This document shows positions 51,631-63,825 of a stretch of DNA of 64,000 nucleotides, piece by piece (positions within the stretch are counted from its first letter, which is position 1; the number at the start of each line of letters is the position of its first letter). The position numbers were made by a program, and so were the translations under genes. The stretch lies in contig NC_087437.1 of the NCBI RefSeq assembly GCF_036321535.1, positions 21,206,001-21,270,000 on the forward strand, in the 5' to 3' direction. This DNA is from Camelus dromedarius (lineage: Eukaryota). The notes beneath the pieces are model-generated. The model searched no databases. It was not told the origin of the DNA and saw only the letters and a program-made list of their open reading frames with translations.

Positions 51631-53203
51631 CCCAGATCTGAAAGAATCATTTTCCTCCTGTATCTCATTAAACCCGCCTTTGAGGTTTGCACGTATTTCA
51701 TTCCCTCTGTAGTAAACTGATCACTTCTTTGAGATTGGTCTTCCTTTGTTTTTCTGCAGCACGACCCCTGCTGTGGCAGGGAAGTGATGCTGTCTGGAGG
51801 TGCCGTGTTGAGTGCCTTTCTTCCTTCTGTCCTTTTGCTCCCTATTTTGGCCTTCTGGTAATTGGGGCAGGGGGAGGACGGGGAATGCTAGTCTAAATTA
51901 AATTGAAATTGCTTTAACTGTTACCTCTTTATTTAAAAAGAGGGGAGGCAGTTTCCTGGCCTGTAGTTAAGAAATGAAGTTATTTAGCTTTTGGTGCAAT
52001 CTGTTTGGGATCACGGGGTCTTCTGAGCATCAGAAGAATGTTGTAGAGCCACTCTCCAGAAGAAAAAGGGATATATTCAGAAATGTATCATTACAGAAAT
52101 CTTAGAAGCTCTTAAGTTAGTCCTTGCTGGGGCTGGGGGGTGAGGGTGAAAAGGGAGTCCATAGGTTCTAGGTTAGGAACCCCTGCTCTAGCCCCTCTGC
52201 TAGGAAGCGAGTGAGGCAAACGAATATTAATGACAGGTTGTTAAGACTGGAAAATAAAGCTGATCTCTGGGGAATTAAGTGTTCTTTACTATTGCTGTCC
52301 CTGGGGATTTAACATTATTTGATCAGTTTTTAAACGTTCAACTATAACTGTGTGACTTTAACAGTGTATCCTAGTATAATCTAGATGGTGACCACTTGTG
52401 ATGTTAGAACTTTGAATATAGACATTTGAGAAAAATAATTCTAGATGTTCTCAAAATAAATCAGTGGCTTAGGACAGATCTTAGTGTTTCCAGATTGTGA
52501 AGGGAAAAAAAGTTAAGCCCTCGATGTTGAAACTTGCGTCTGCCAGCTCTTGCTTTGTGCTCAGCAGTGGAATTGCGAGGTCCCGTTGGGTCGGGGGCTT
52601 GTTTCTGGTCTTGTCCTCTCTTTATTTTTGCATGAGGCTTCCATTCAACCAGTGTTTCCTAAACTTTACTCATTGAATACCATCTTCATGATTTGCCTTC
52701 TCTGTACATTTCCTGGCTAGTCTTTAAACCAACTCACTTTTTAAAACCCAATTTATGCAGATAATTACTGTGTGAAATGTGGGGTTGATGTGCTAATTCT
52801 TTTCTGTTTGTTGCTTAAAAGGACATATACATATTGGGAGTTTTGTCCAACCTAAAATCATCCTTTACCTTTCTAGAGGACATAGCCCATTTTGGGAAAC
52901 ACATCCTTATATGCTGGAATTTTAAAGCTGTGACCTTGAATCAGAATGATCTGTGGAAACTGCTTGTACTCTCAAGCATCAGGAGAGGAGGGGGTCACCG
53001 GATGGGGGGGTGCTGCCTGCTGAAATACCCCTTGCTTGGACAAATTCATATCGGTCTGAATATGAAGATGCTTGGCTGTGTGCATGGCAGAGCTTGGAAT
53101 CCTAGCCTTGCAATGGTTGGTTTGTTTTTTTAACCTGGCCCCCTCACCCGACACATGCAACGTGTACATCTCCAAATTTTATGACTTTCATTTTCTTTTA
53201 CAG

Positions 53204-53332
53204 GTTTGATCTTGCTCTTCTACCTAGTCTTTTATGGGTTCCTGGCTGCACTCTTTTCATTCACAATGTGGGTTATGCTTCAGACTCTGAATGATGAGGT
53301 TCCAAAATACCGTGACCAGATTCCTAGTCCAG
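53204..53332 (+). CDS. ATP1B3: Na+/K+-ATPase beta-3, coding exon 2 (129 nt, transmembrane helix)
   Basis: Acceptor ttttcttttacag; translates (G)[43 protein letters not shown]; donor AG|GTAATC; phase 1-1, in frame with exon 1. Confidence 0.98.
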
Positions 53333-53461
53333 GTAATCATGTTGTGATTATTGTGGCTTTTAACAAAATTAGATTATACTGTATCTTCTCCATATGTCTA
53401 TTATATAGCAGATAAAAGATGTTAAACTATAGGATTAGATAATGTGAAAGTTTTGATTTTG

Positions 53462-53547
53462 TTTAATATTTACATACTGATATAAAGAGCTTTCATATTT
53501 ACACACTGATGTAAAGACCTTTAATATTTACATACTGATACAAAAAC
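53462..53547. repeat. 29-bp minisatellite, 3 copies
   Basis: TTTAATATTTACATACTGATATAAAGAGC / TTTCATATTTACACACTGATGTAAAGACC / TTTAATATTTACATACTGATACAAAAAC. Confidence 0.9.
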
Positions 53548-54213
53548 ATGGCTGATAAGTCTTGAGTTCTTTTCCAGGTAAGCAGAAATGAATATTGAGA
53601 ATTAAAGTGAAGCCAGATTGACAAATATAGTTATAGTTATGAGTGGCATTTATGAATATTGTGTAGCAGATTACTTTGCCCTGAGTAATTTACTTATAAA
53701 GTATATATTTCAGCTCTAGCTTGGGTTAGAGCATTGATCTTATAAAATACACATGCTTCATGATTTTAATTGCTTAGTATGGAAATGATAAGAAGTATTA
53801 AATAGTGATGTATCAGTAGAGAATAAAATGAGTATCCTCAATATTTTAATTATTCTCTTTTGATTGTAGTAAGAGAAAAAAAAACCCTCCAGGATACTGG
53901 AGAATATACTTTAGTACAGAAAAAATCTTAACTGAAACACTTGTTTAAATCACATTCTCTCCCTCCTGGTTTTATTCTTTGAATGCCAGCTTTGCCTTCA
54001 TTGTTGGACACGGCTCTTATCCTTGAGGGGCTGGCAAGTTTTATGGAAGTAAGATAACAATAATGTGCAGAACACCTGTGTATCTGATTCCCAAAAACGT
54101 GAACAGCTTGCAGAGATGATAGCGAGCGGAAGGCTCTTGTGGAAGAGTGGGATTTGGCAGGGTGATCGTGCAGCCAGGGAAGGTGGGTGTCCGCAGGGGG
54201 CTCCTGTGTGGAC

Positions 54214-54417
54214 CAGTGGTTCTCATCCAGCTGTAATTTGCCCCTAAGGGCCTTCAGCAGCGTTTGGAGGTGTCTTTGATTTTCACAACTGCAGAGGTGC
54301 TACTGAGTAGAGGCCAGCGGTGTTGCTAAGCATGCCTACCGTGCCCGGGACAACCCCCATCCCAGCCAAGAATCATCCACTCCAAAGTGTCCTGAGGGCC
54401 ACGCCTAAGAAACCCTG
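54214..54417 (+). mobile_element. MER20 hAT-Charlie MITE
   Basis: CAGTGGTTCTCA...TCACAACTG...GTAGAGGCCAG.GGTGTTGCTAA.CAT.CTAC...AAGAATCATCCA...AAGAAACCCTG. Confidence 0.85.
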
Positions 54418-54872
54418 ATCTAGAGCCTTGCTCACTGCACGGACTTCTCAGCCACATTAGCAGCCCGAGTGCACCAGTTTCCCCAACCCATGTTCTTAGA
54501 GTAGTTTGTTCTCACGGCTTTTCCTTTGTTTGCAGCTAGTATTTATCTAAATATCATGAATAACTCCTTCAGTCTACTTGACCATGTATCAGAGACTAGC
54601 TCCATGCTAATATTTCCCTCGTCTCATTGGAGTCCTGTTTTCTTTCTACCTAGACGAATTCTAAGATAATTATTCCTCTTGCTGCCTAAGTTATGTGACT
54701 ATATTACCATTGAATATAATCTGATCTATTTCAGAAATATTAAACTGTTTCTAATTACATGAATGATACAAGCAGTAAAATGTGTTCAGTGTACTTTTAA
54801 GTGTATAGTTTTAAACTGAGTTCCTTAAAATTATTCACCAAGTATATTGTAGTACTTAAAAACTTATCATAA

Positions 54873-55015
54873 GGGGAAAGGGTACAGCTCAGTAGCAGGG
54901 GACGTGCCTAGCATGCACAAGGTCCTGGGTTCAATCCTCAGTACCTCCATCAATAAAATAAATAAGTAAACCTGATGAGCCCTCTCCCTCCAAAAAAAAT
55001 GAACAAAAACAAAAA
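54873..55015 (+). mobile_element. tRNA-Ala-derived SINE in intron 2
   Basis: GGGTACAGCTCAGTAG...CTAGCATGCACAAGGTCCTGGGTTCAATCC followed by an A-rich tail. Confidence 0.9.
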
Positions 55016-56720
55016 CCTTACTAGTTTAAATAAATATAGATGCACACACATTCATATTATATATTAGATGAATATACACTAGTTTGTCAAACATGATTTT
55101 CTCTTCATAAAGGGATTATGGGTAATTTAAAATTTTCTTTCTACTTCTATTTTCTAAGGTTTTCTTTTCTTTTTTAAACAATGGCCATATTAGTTTTATT
55201 TTTAAATGGCATCATTTCAATAATGTGTTTGTGCCCAGTAAAATAAATGCTAGTTTGAAATTGGCATGCATATTAACATATACATACATATCACATAAAT
55301 ATGCTGTCCGCCCCGCCCCCGTGGACACACACATACACATGCACACGCACGCTGTGAAGAGGTAAGAGTTATTGCAGTCTTCACATTCGGTTGATGTTCA
55401 TGGTTTTGGGTAAGCCAAGACTTTATTTGGAGGAATGAAGTGTACTGTGTCAAAAATGCAGCTGTACTGCACACTCCTGCTGTGGTTTTTTACTTAAGAG
55501 TTTCATGCAGGCTGTTAAATACCAGGAACTAAGGCTCCAAGAGCATTGCTAGCTAGGCAAGGTCTAAGAAGTGCCTTGTATCAGAAACTCAGTTTTAGAC
55601 ATTCAGATCTACAAAGGTTTTTGTAAATTGAGTCATTTAAAAATTCCCATGGAAATTTATCCCTTAAGGAATGTAATCTTCATTTACAGAACATTTTATA
55701 GAACATTTATAGATAATTTTATATTTTTCTTTAAAAATTTCTTTAGTTTACATCTGGTTGTTTTATAAAAAGTTGGATTTTCTTAAAGTTAGATGTCTTT
55801 GTACAGTTGTGTAAGCTGCCTTGATTCTGTTACTTTTTTACTTACAGTATATTTTGTCTTGTTTCTGCTATAAAACCTTAACAATGAAAACAGTTTCAGA
55901 CATGCACAGATGGTTGCTCCGTATGCTGGATGGTCAGGTTTTATTCCTACATTGAACATTTTTTAAAAAAATTAGAAAGTTACCACTGATTTTGCAGTAG
56001 GTAGAGTGGTAAGGAAAAATAGCCATATGGGATCATCCAAACCAAGTGATGTGGCATGTAGAAGTGGTGGACTGGGGAATTTAATTGGAGCTCCTCTGTG
56101 CTGCATGTAGAGTAAATAAGATTTGCTCTGCCATTGTTGGGTAGCACCCGACCTAGTTTAACTCAAGAGCCATGCAGATAACACAGGCAAGTATTTAGGA
56201 TCTGAAAGAATCTGGATCTCACTGAAAATGAATTAGAGGTCTGTGACCAGCAATTTTAATGAAAACTAAACCAACACTTGTTATTTATTTTTAAAGTCAA
56301 TGCAAGGGTGATCTCTGTAATAACTTTGCTACATGGAAAATGTTGAGGCTAGGGAAAATTTTAGGATTTTTTTTTTTCAGACATAACCTTAAAATGTGTG
56401 TTAGAAAAATGAATGTACAAAGTAAAATTTGCATCTTTTAAAGTACGGAACAGGGCAGTTCCAATTAACTGTAGATAATCAGATTGAGAGGAGGTTTCTA
56501 ACTGGTAATGAGGTGATTTTGAAGATTTGGCATTCTTCATTTTAGATGTCTGTAGTTCATAAGTCAGAAGTTGGAAGTTCACGATAATTTCAACCTACTT
56601 GTGAACACAATTTTCACATAATTTACTGAGATCGTCCCTTTTAGAGATAAGAGTAAGGAGAAAGGAAGAAAGGAATTTGCTACAGTTAATTTAACCCTCT
56701 TTTCTTTTATCTCTTTATAG

Positions 56721-56828
56721 GACTTATGGTTTTTCCAAAACCAGTGACTGCTTTGGATTATTCATTCAGCAGGTCTGATCCACAGTCCTATAAAGGGTAC
56801 ATTGATGACCTTAAGAAGTTTCTAAAGC
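56721..56828 (+). CDS. ATP1B3: Na+/K+-ATPase beta-3, coding exon 3 (108 nt)
   Basis: Acceptor tttcttttatctctttatag; translates (G)[36 protein letters not shown]; donor C|GTAAGT; phase 1-1. Confidence 0.97.
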
Positions 56829-57662
56829 GTAAGTATGTTTTCTTAGAGTAAGGTGAAAGATTTTAGTTATTAAAGAAACCAGTACCAACTTACGATTACT
56901 TCTTAGAAACATTATTCTTAAGAGTCCATTTTATCTTTTCTCTCTCTCTCTCTTTCTATTAAAACACAGTCAACCAAGGACTTGGCAAGTAGGATTTATG
57001 ATTAGTCATGAGAATATTCTAACTTACGGAAAGCACAGGGGCCTAAACCTAATGGGCAATTGATCTGATTTTTTTCCTGTAATAATTACATGAGTAAGCT
57101 CATTGAGACATAACATTTATATCTGCATTGAAATGAAAAGTACTTGACTAATAGAGCAAAACTATATTATAAAATAATGCCTCTAAGTATTTGGGTCTTT
57201 AGATCCAATTTAGTGTTTGTGGTGGTGGGTGCAAGGAATGGTGGTTATCATTTTTAAAAAAATGTCTTTATCAGTTGTGAGTTTTTTGGAGTTAACTGGC
57301 TTATAATAGCCATCCTGGCCCAGTTTTCCCTTCTGGTTTGCTTGGCTTAACTCCGTGGTATTAACATTCACACAAATAATCATCAGTGTCCTGACCTCTT
57401 GGTTCTTGATTGCCTCAGCTCTTCCTCAGCCACCCTCACCTGCGGTTGCCCTGAGAACTTGTGGGACTCCATTGCCAAGATCGCTGATGGGGCTACCCTA
57501 AGATGACCTTCTCCTTTCCTTGTTTCACTTGCCCTCGCTGTTCTTCTACCTCATTGGGACTTCCTGTTCACTGACCCTTTTGTTTTATCCCAGCTCCCTG
57601 ACTCACCCCCAGCTTCCCTTCTTGTCAAGCTTATCAGTCCCATAGTTTTTCATTTCATTTTT

Positions 57663-57785
57663 TTTTTTAGAGAGGGATGGTAATTAGGTCTACTTATTTA
57701 TTTTTTATAGGAGGTACTGGGGATTGAACTCAGGACCTCATGCATGCTAAGCATGCACTCTGCCACCTGAGCTATACCCCCCCCC
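57663..57785 (-). mobile_element. tRNA-Ala-derived SINE in intron 3
   Basis: GGGGATTGAACTCAGGACCTCATGCATGCTAAGCATGC...GAGCTATACCC; CATTTCATTTTT on both sides. Confidence 0.92.
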
Positions 57786-58574
57786 ATTTCATTTTTAATT
57801 TTGCCAGTACTCTAAAACCCCTTGCCTCCCAGTCCCTTTGTCATAAACTTGCAAATGGATGGGGCCATATGATGCTCTTACTCGAAACCATTTAATTCCT
57901 GGATGGAGCTCTTCCTTTGCACCTGACCTGGAGGACTGATTAGCTTTGTGAGTACTTGAACACCTCCCTCAAATGGACCTGATCCACTCCCTGGCAAACC
58001 CTGGATTTCCCTGGATAATTCTTTGAAGGGATTATTGCCAACCTCTACTCAAGCCTATAGCTCCTTTTTCCCCTTAACTCACTTTCTTCACGTAACCTGG
58101 TTTCCTCCTTCAAGAGCAAACAGAAACACTTGGTGGAAACTCCCTCTGTTTTCTCACTACCAGTGAAACACACCTTCAGTTGCAGCCATTGTCTGACATC
58201 CTCCTGTTCTGACCAAGGGAGCTGCCCTTATCTCACCTGAGGCCCCCTGTCCCTGTCATGCTTTGCATCATCCCCTCTCACTGTCTCAGGAACATTTTCT
58301 GATTACAGGTCCTTCTCACGTATGTTTAGCATCATGCCTTTATTGGATCCTTTTGTCAACATGCAGACATCCTCAACTGTCTCCTATCTCAAGTCAAAAA
58401 CTTCTTGATCCCACATCTTCTACTGGCTACCTTCCTGAAGCTCTTTCCCGCTTACTATTTGAATAACTCATAGATGTTTTTGTGAGAGTATAATCCATGG
58501 TTTAAAAACCAAATAGTAAAGAAAGGTCTATGGTAAAAACAGTAGTTCCCTGCCCTACTCCTTGCTAGTCCTGT

Positions 58575-59235
58575 TAATAATTTATTCAACAAATACATTT
58601 TGAGGGCTTTTTTTGTGTCATGCACTCTTCTAATTTCTATCCATGAACAAATGAGAAATTTCATGGAATTTTTATAATCCAGTGGTGTATTAGAATGTAG
58701 TTAGTGCTGTGGAGGAAAGTAATACAGAGAAGGGTGGTAGGGAGAGTTCAGAGGGTTGCAGTTTTAAGCAGGGTGGTTTGGGAAGGCCTCATTGAAAGGG
58801 AATGTTGAGGGAAGACCTGAAGAGGAAGGAACTAGCCATGGAACTGTCCAGCAGTAGGTGTAAAGGCCCTGAGGCTTACCGTGTCCAGTGTGTTCAAGGT
58901 TCATCAAGGAAGCCAGAGGGGCTGGGTGGAGTAAGTGGGGAGAGAATAGTAGGGGACTGAGGTCAGGGAGTTAAAGGAGGACCAGTTTTGCAGGTCTTAG
59001 AGGCCTTTGTTGAGTTCTTTGACTTTCATAGTGACCAAGATGGAGGTTCTTAAGCAGAGAGTAACATCATCTCACTCAAAAATTTTTAAAGGATCACTTA
59101 GGCTGCTTTTTGAGACTTGACTATAGGGGGAACCAGGGGAGCTAGTTTGGAGGGTGTTAGAGTCCAGATGAGTGGAGGTAGTGTCTTGGCAAGGTTGGGA
59201 GCAGTGGAGGCTGTGAGAAATTGTCTGATTCTGGA
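58575..59235 (-). mobile_element. L2 LINE 3' fragment
   Basis: ATTTATTCAACAAATACATT tail, then GGGAAGGCCTC..TGA, AAAGGCCCTGAGG and TTTTAAAGGATCACT. Confidence 0.75.
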
Positions 59236-59689
59236 TGCATTTCCAATAGGAAATACCTTCATGTTTTTTACCTTTTTCTTACTGTATTTTTCTTCTATGT
59301 CTTTATTATATTTTTCTGATGGTTCTTGATTTATCACTTTTATGCATTGTCTTTACTTCCTGCCATGTTAGAAGAGGACTTAGCTCACATGACTCAGACC
59401 TTTCCCTAGCATCAGTTCGAAGGTAATTGAGTTACTATTTTTAGTCTCATTGTTGGTTGCCTTGTTGTACTTTGTCTTTGCGACCTATTCTATCATCTGT
59501 AGAGACTGTCCTCTGACTCCTTTATTTGTACCCTTGGTTACTTTTGGATTGGATTCACCTGTTTCTTGGCTCCTGCCTTTTTTTCTTAATTTACTCCCTA
59601 GTTTTGATGGCATATTCTCAAGTAACTTTATAAGAAAAAGATATATGAATAATATTCCGTTATATATATTATTACCACTATAGTATTTG

Positions 59690-60160
59690 CAGAATGAAGT
59701 CTTGCTGTTTGTGACAACTTGGACGGATCTTGAGGGCCTGATGCTAAGTGACGTGATGCTAAGACAAAGACAAAGACATGATCTCACTTATATGTGGAAT
59801 ATAAGAAGCAAAGCAAAACAAAACAAAAACCAAGCTCACAGAACAGATTGGTGGTTGACAGGGGCAGGGGGTGGGCGTTGTATGAGATGATGAAGGGGAG
59901 TCAAAAGGTACAAACTTCCAATTATAAAATCTAACGTGCAGCATGGTGACTGTGGTTGGTAATACTGGATTGCGTATTTGAAAGTTGCTAAGAGAGCAGG
60001 TCTTAAAAGTCTTCATCACAAGGAAAACATTTTGTAACTTTATATGAGGACAGCTGTTAACAGACTTACGGTAATCATTTCACGACGTTCAGTCATTCAT
60101 TGTGTTGTACACCTGAAATGAATATAATGTTACATGTGGGTTATATCACAGTTTAAAAAA
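59690..60160 (+). mobile_element. L1 (L1MA9-like) 3' end
   Basis: TTTGTGACAACTTGGACGGATCTTGAGGGC...CTCACTTATATGTGGAAT...AAAAGGTACAAACTTCC...GAAAGTTGCTAAGAGAG...GTTGTACACCTGAAA and an A tail. Confidence 0.85.
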
Positions 60161-60814
60161 ATTGAAGTTAAACAGATAAATTAAATTTTTAGTCCCTTTA
60201 TTTCTGAATGTGACCTAATTCTGTTTTTATCGTTCATAGTTTAGCTATGAAGTTGAATTGGACTTTAGTTCCTTTGTGTTTGCCTTTTTCTTCTCTGCAA
60301 AATTGGTTTTTTGTCTGTTTTTTAAATATTCTAAAATTTTAGCGTTCTAAAAGTTCTGTATACTGGTGTCAGTTTCTAAAACATCACTTTGCTGGAAACT
60401 TGTTGAGGTCTTTCAGGATGAAGACTTGGGTTCTCTAGTTGAGGAAAATTATCTATTATTACTTCAAAATTCCCTCACCTCAGCTTTCTGATTCTCTTGC
60501 TAGAACTATTCATTAGTCATTGGATATTGGATCTCTTGTTTTTCTCTTACTTTCTGTTTTTACTTTATTATAATGAGGATTTACTTAATTACTTAATTTA
60601 ATGTTTGAACCCCCACTCCCTCTTTTTCGAAACTTTCAGTTGTCATTGTTCTTAGAAATGCCTTTCTCATGTTTAAAAGATACAGTCTGTTGTTAAGAGA
60701 TACATTATTTTCTCTTTTTCCTTTTTCCTCTAGATGCTAAGTACAATTTTAAGTTTTATTTTGTTTAGTTTATCTCTTTCAGATCTTCCCTACCCTCCCC
60801 CGCACCTTTTTTCC

Positions 60815-60957
60815 TTTTTTTTTTTTTTTTTTTTTTGATGGAGGGAATTAGGTTTGTTTGTTTGTTTGTTTTATAATGAAAGGACTGGGGATTGAACCCA
60901 GGACCTCTTGCTTGCTAGGCACATGCTCTACCACTGAGCTGTTGTTCCCTTTCCCCT
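60815..60957 (-). mobile_element. tRNA-Ala-derived SINE in intron 3
   Basis: Long T tract, (GTTT)n, then GGGGATTGAACCCAGGACC...CTACCACTGAGCT. Confidence 0.9.
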
Positions 60958-62282
60958 TCCACCTTTCTTTCTCTTATGTTAGGCTTTCCTCAGGAGTATG
61001 GGGCTCTTTGATTACACTCTCTGGGTCAGTGGTCTTTCCATTCCCACTGTGCCCTGGATGAGTGGTCTTCATTCTGAACACTCATCATCCAACTCTTGTA
61101 ATTAGAGCAATTTTGTGTAGAAGTGAAAGTTGACATCATAGAAAAATGGTCCCTGATGAACTGGCCTCTATCAGCAGGGGATATGCGGGAGAAGCCCTTG
61201 GGGGAAACTGGTGTAGGCCTTGAGTGTTTCCTGCAAAATGACCTTATGGTTGTGCCACGAAAGTCAAAAGGAAGTGATGAATTTCATAAGGTGCTATTCT
61301 ATTGTGAAAGTTTCCCCCATCCCAATACCTGAGTCACTCTTGGCTTTCACAGGGGTACATAGTCCCCATGATATTCTAATTTTTGATAAATTTAAGATGA
61401 AACCAAAAATTTTGACAAAGTTTTCCCAAGGGAAGGATCCACACTTCCTTTTAAATGCATTTACTTTTGGTTCCTGTTTGGGTTGAATTCATTTTAGGTG
61501 GCCTCTTCCTGGTACCAGTTACACCCACACATCCACAGTTCTTACGAGACATTGTGGCACCCTGTCTTCCCTGTTTATTAGTGAGTGTCTTTCAGTAGCC
61601 CAAACTCACCGAGGCAGGGACCACAGCAGACTTGCTCACTGTTGTGCCACTTGTCCACACTGTTCCAGTACACAGCACATTTCTAAAAACCATTGTATAT
61701 GTCTCACTCTCCTTTCTTTCCCATCTTCAAGTTGTAATCCTCGAGTCTATCTAGTTACCTCCGTCTCTGCTGAAAACACCCTTCTGTAAGCTAACATTAA
61801 CTCACACGTTCGCCTTTACCTCTCATCTCTGTGCACCCCCTGTAGTGTGGGCTGCCATAGCCCTGTGTGTCTTCAGGCCCTGCAGTTATGATTTTATACT
61901 TAACACCTGTCTTCCCCACTACACCATAAGCTCCATAAGGGCAAGACTCTGATGCCCTTGTCCTCAACTTTGTATCTTTTGGGCCAAGAACATCAAAGGC
62001 ATTCAGATAATGCTGTAGCTATGGCTGGTGCCACCTAATGGTGACAAAAGAAATTGATATGTAACCCAGTTCTGTATCATTGAAGTGCGGTACAGTGCAG
62101 AGCACTAGACATCTGTTAGAAGTTAAAGGAACAAACTTAACATTCTTTCCCTAAAATTATCCAGTAATTAGCAGTGCTGTTTTTGTCTTTGAAGAATATT
62201 ATGCAAAGGATGATATGTTTCTGGTTGTGTTTAAGGTCCTTTCTTGGCTGATTTATACACACATACATGTTTCCTTTTTTAG

Positions 62283-62467
62283 CATATGACTTAGAAGAAC
62301 AGAAGAATCTCACAGTTTGTACTGATGGAAAACTGAATGAACAGAAGGGTCCAGTTTACGTTGCATGTCCGTTTCCTCGTGCCTTACTTGAAGCATGCAG
62401 TGGTGTGGATGACCCCGACTTTGGCTACTCCAAAGGAAGCCCTTGTATTCTTGTGAAAATGAACAGA
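62283..62467 (+). CDS. ATP1B3: Na+/K+-ATPase beta-3, coding exon 4 (185 nt, ectodomain)
   Basis: Acceptor tttccttttttag; translates (P)[61 protein letters not shown] with the N124-L-T sequon, four Cys (128, 144, 154, 170) and the family motif FGY..G.PC..VKMNR; donor AGA|GTATGT. Confidence 0.97.
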
Positions 62468-63537
62468 GTATGTACATATTTTATTGCTGCTGCTGCTTTT
62501 TTCTAATCTCCTCTATTAAGAAGCTGGCAACTATTTATTAAATGCTGTCTCACCTAGGGGTAGCTTGTGTAAAAGGCTAGCAGTGATACTGACCTTTGAA
62601 AAATTAATACAGAAAAAAACCAGTTGGTTCATAAATTAGTCATGGATTAGAGAGGAAAACAACTTTAGCTTTTTCCTTTTGGAACTAGCCATGTGCACTT
62701 AAGCATGGATCAGTGCTTCAGGGGTCCGGTGTTCTGGGGGTGACGCCCACAGCATCGTTGTATTAATGTGCAGTGCTCATCTTTGCATCCTGTATGGTAA
62801 TTTAAAATCCCACGGCAAATCTATAAAGTTTTGTCTTGCTTAACCTTCTCTGGATTAGTAGCAAAGCATATTTTTATAGTATATGTCTATGTAATTAAAT
62901 AGTAAAAGTACAAATAGAATTGTGTTAAAATGAGCTCAGCAGTGTTTTACTGTATGGTCTAGAGGAGGTGCCTAAACTGTATCACCATTAGCACATCAAG
63001 AAGCTAATGTTCTCTGCATCTAAGTAGTAATGTCTTGGGGTCATTGTGCAAGGGAAGGCGCTTCCCTTGTGTCATGAAGTGTCCCCAACCCTGCCCCGTG
63101 CTGCTCTATAAATGTATTGCAGAGTTGTGTTCTGGTACAGTTAACCTGTTGAGGCCTGCAAGGTCTGCCTTGAAGAGGGAGGTCATTCCTGTTCATTTAC
63201 TCAGAGAAAAGGCAGTTTCCTAAACAGACTCCATCCTCTCCTCCCCCACCCCCACCATTAGGTTCTGATTATGCCATAGCACTCTAGGGATCATTCTGAA
63301 ACATTGCCTGATACATAGTGCTCAATAAATGATGAGTGGGATGTTTTAGCAAGAGAAAGAATTAAGGTTAACAAAGTGGAGATGGAGCTGAAGACTAGGT
63401 AGACAGGGAAGTAGGAGCAAGTAAACAACTGTTTCAAGGAGATGCCTATTCTTTCCCCAGAAATGCTGTGGGAGCTTCTATAATAAAATAGAAATGGGTT
63501 TTCATAATCCACACGAGATGATCCTTGTAGTCATATA

Positions 63538-63825
63538 CAGTTATCCCTCGGTATCTGTGGGGGATTGGTTCCAGGACCACTAAGGATAGCAAAATCTGGG
63601 GGTGCTCAAGGCCCCTATATAAAATGGTGTAGTATTTGCATGTAACCTACACACATCCTCCCATACACTTAAAATCATCTCTAGACTACTAATAATACCT
63701 AATTCAATATAGCGAATTCAAGTTTTGCTTTTTTAGAACTTCTGGAATTTTTCCCCCTGAATGTTTTTGATCCAGTGTTGGTAGACTTCACAGATGTGGA
63801 GCCTGTAAATAGGGAGGGCCAACTA
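63538..63825 (+). mobile_element. MER2-like Tigger (TcMar) MITE
   Basis: TA|CAGTTATCCCTCGGTATCTGTGGGGGATTGGTTCCAGGAC...GGAGGGCCAACTA|TA, with imperfect TIRs and a TA target duplication. Confidence 0.85.

Noticed and set aside
54190..54204. Second CTCF-like motif TCCGCAGGGGGCTCC
   Set aside because: Several mismatches to the core consensus; could arise by chance.
581..61337. Scattered AP-1 heptamers (TGAGTCA/TGACTCA)
   Set aside because: Several are expected by chance in 64 kb and there is no convincing cluster.
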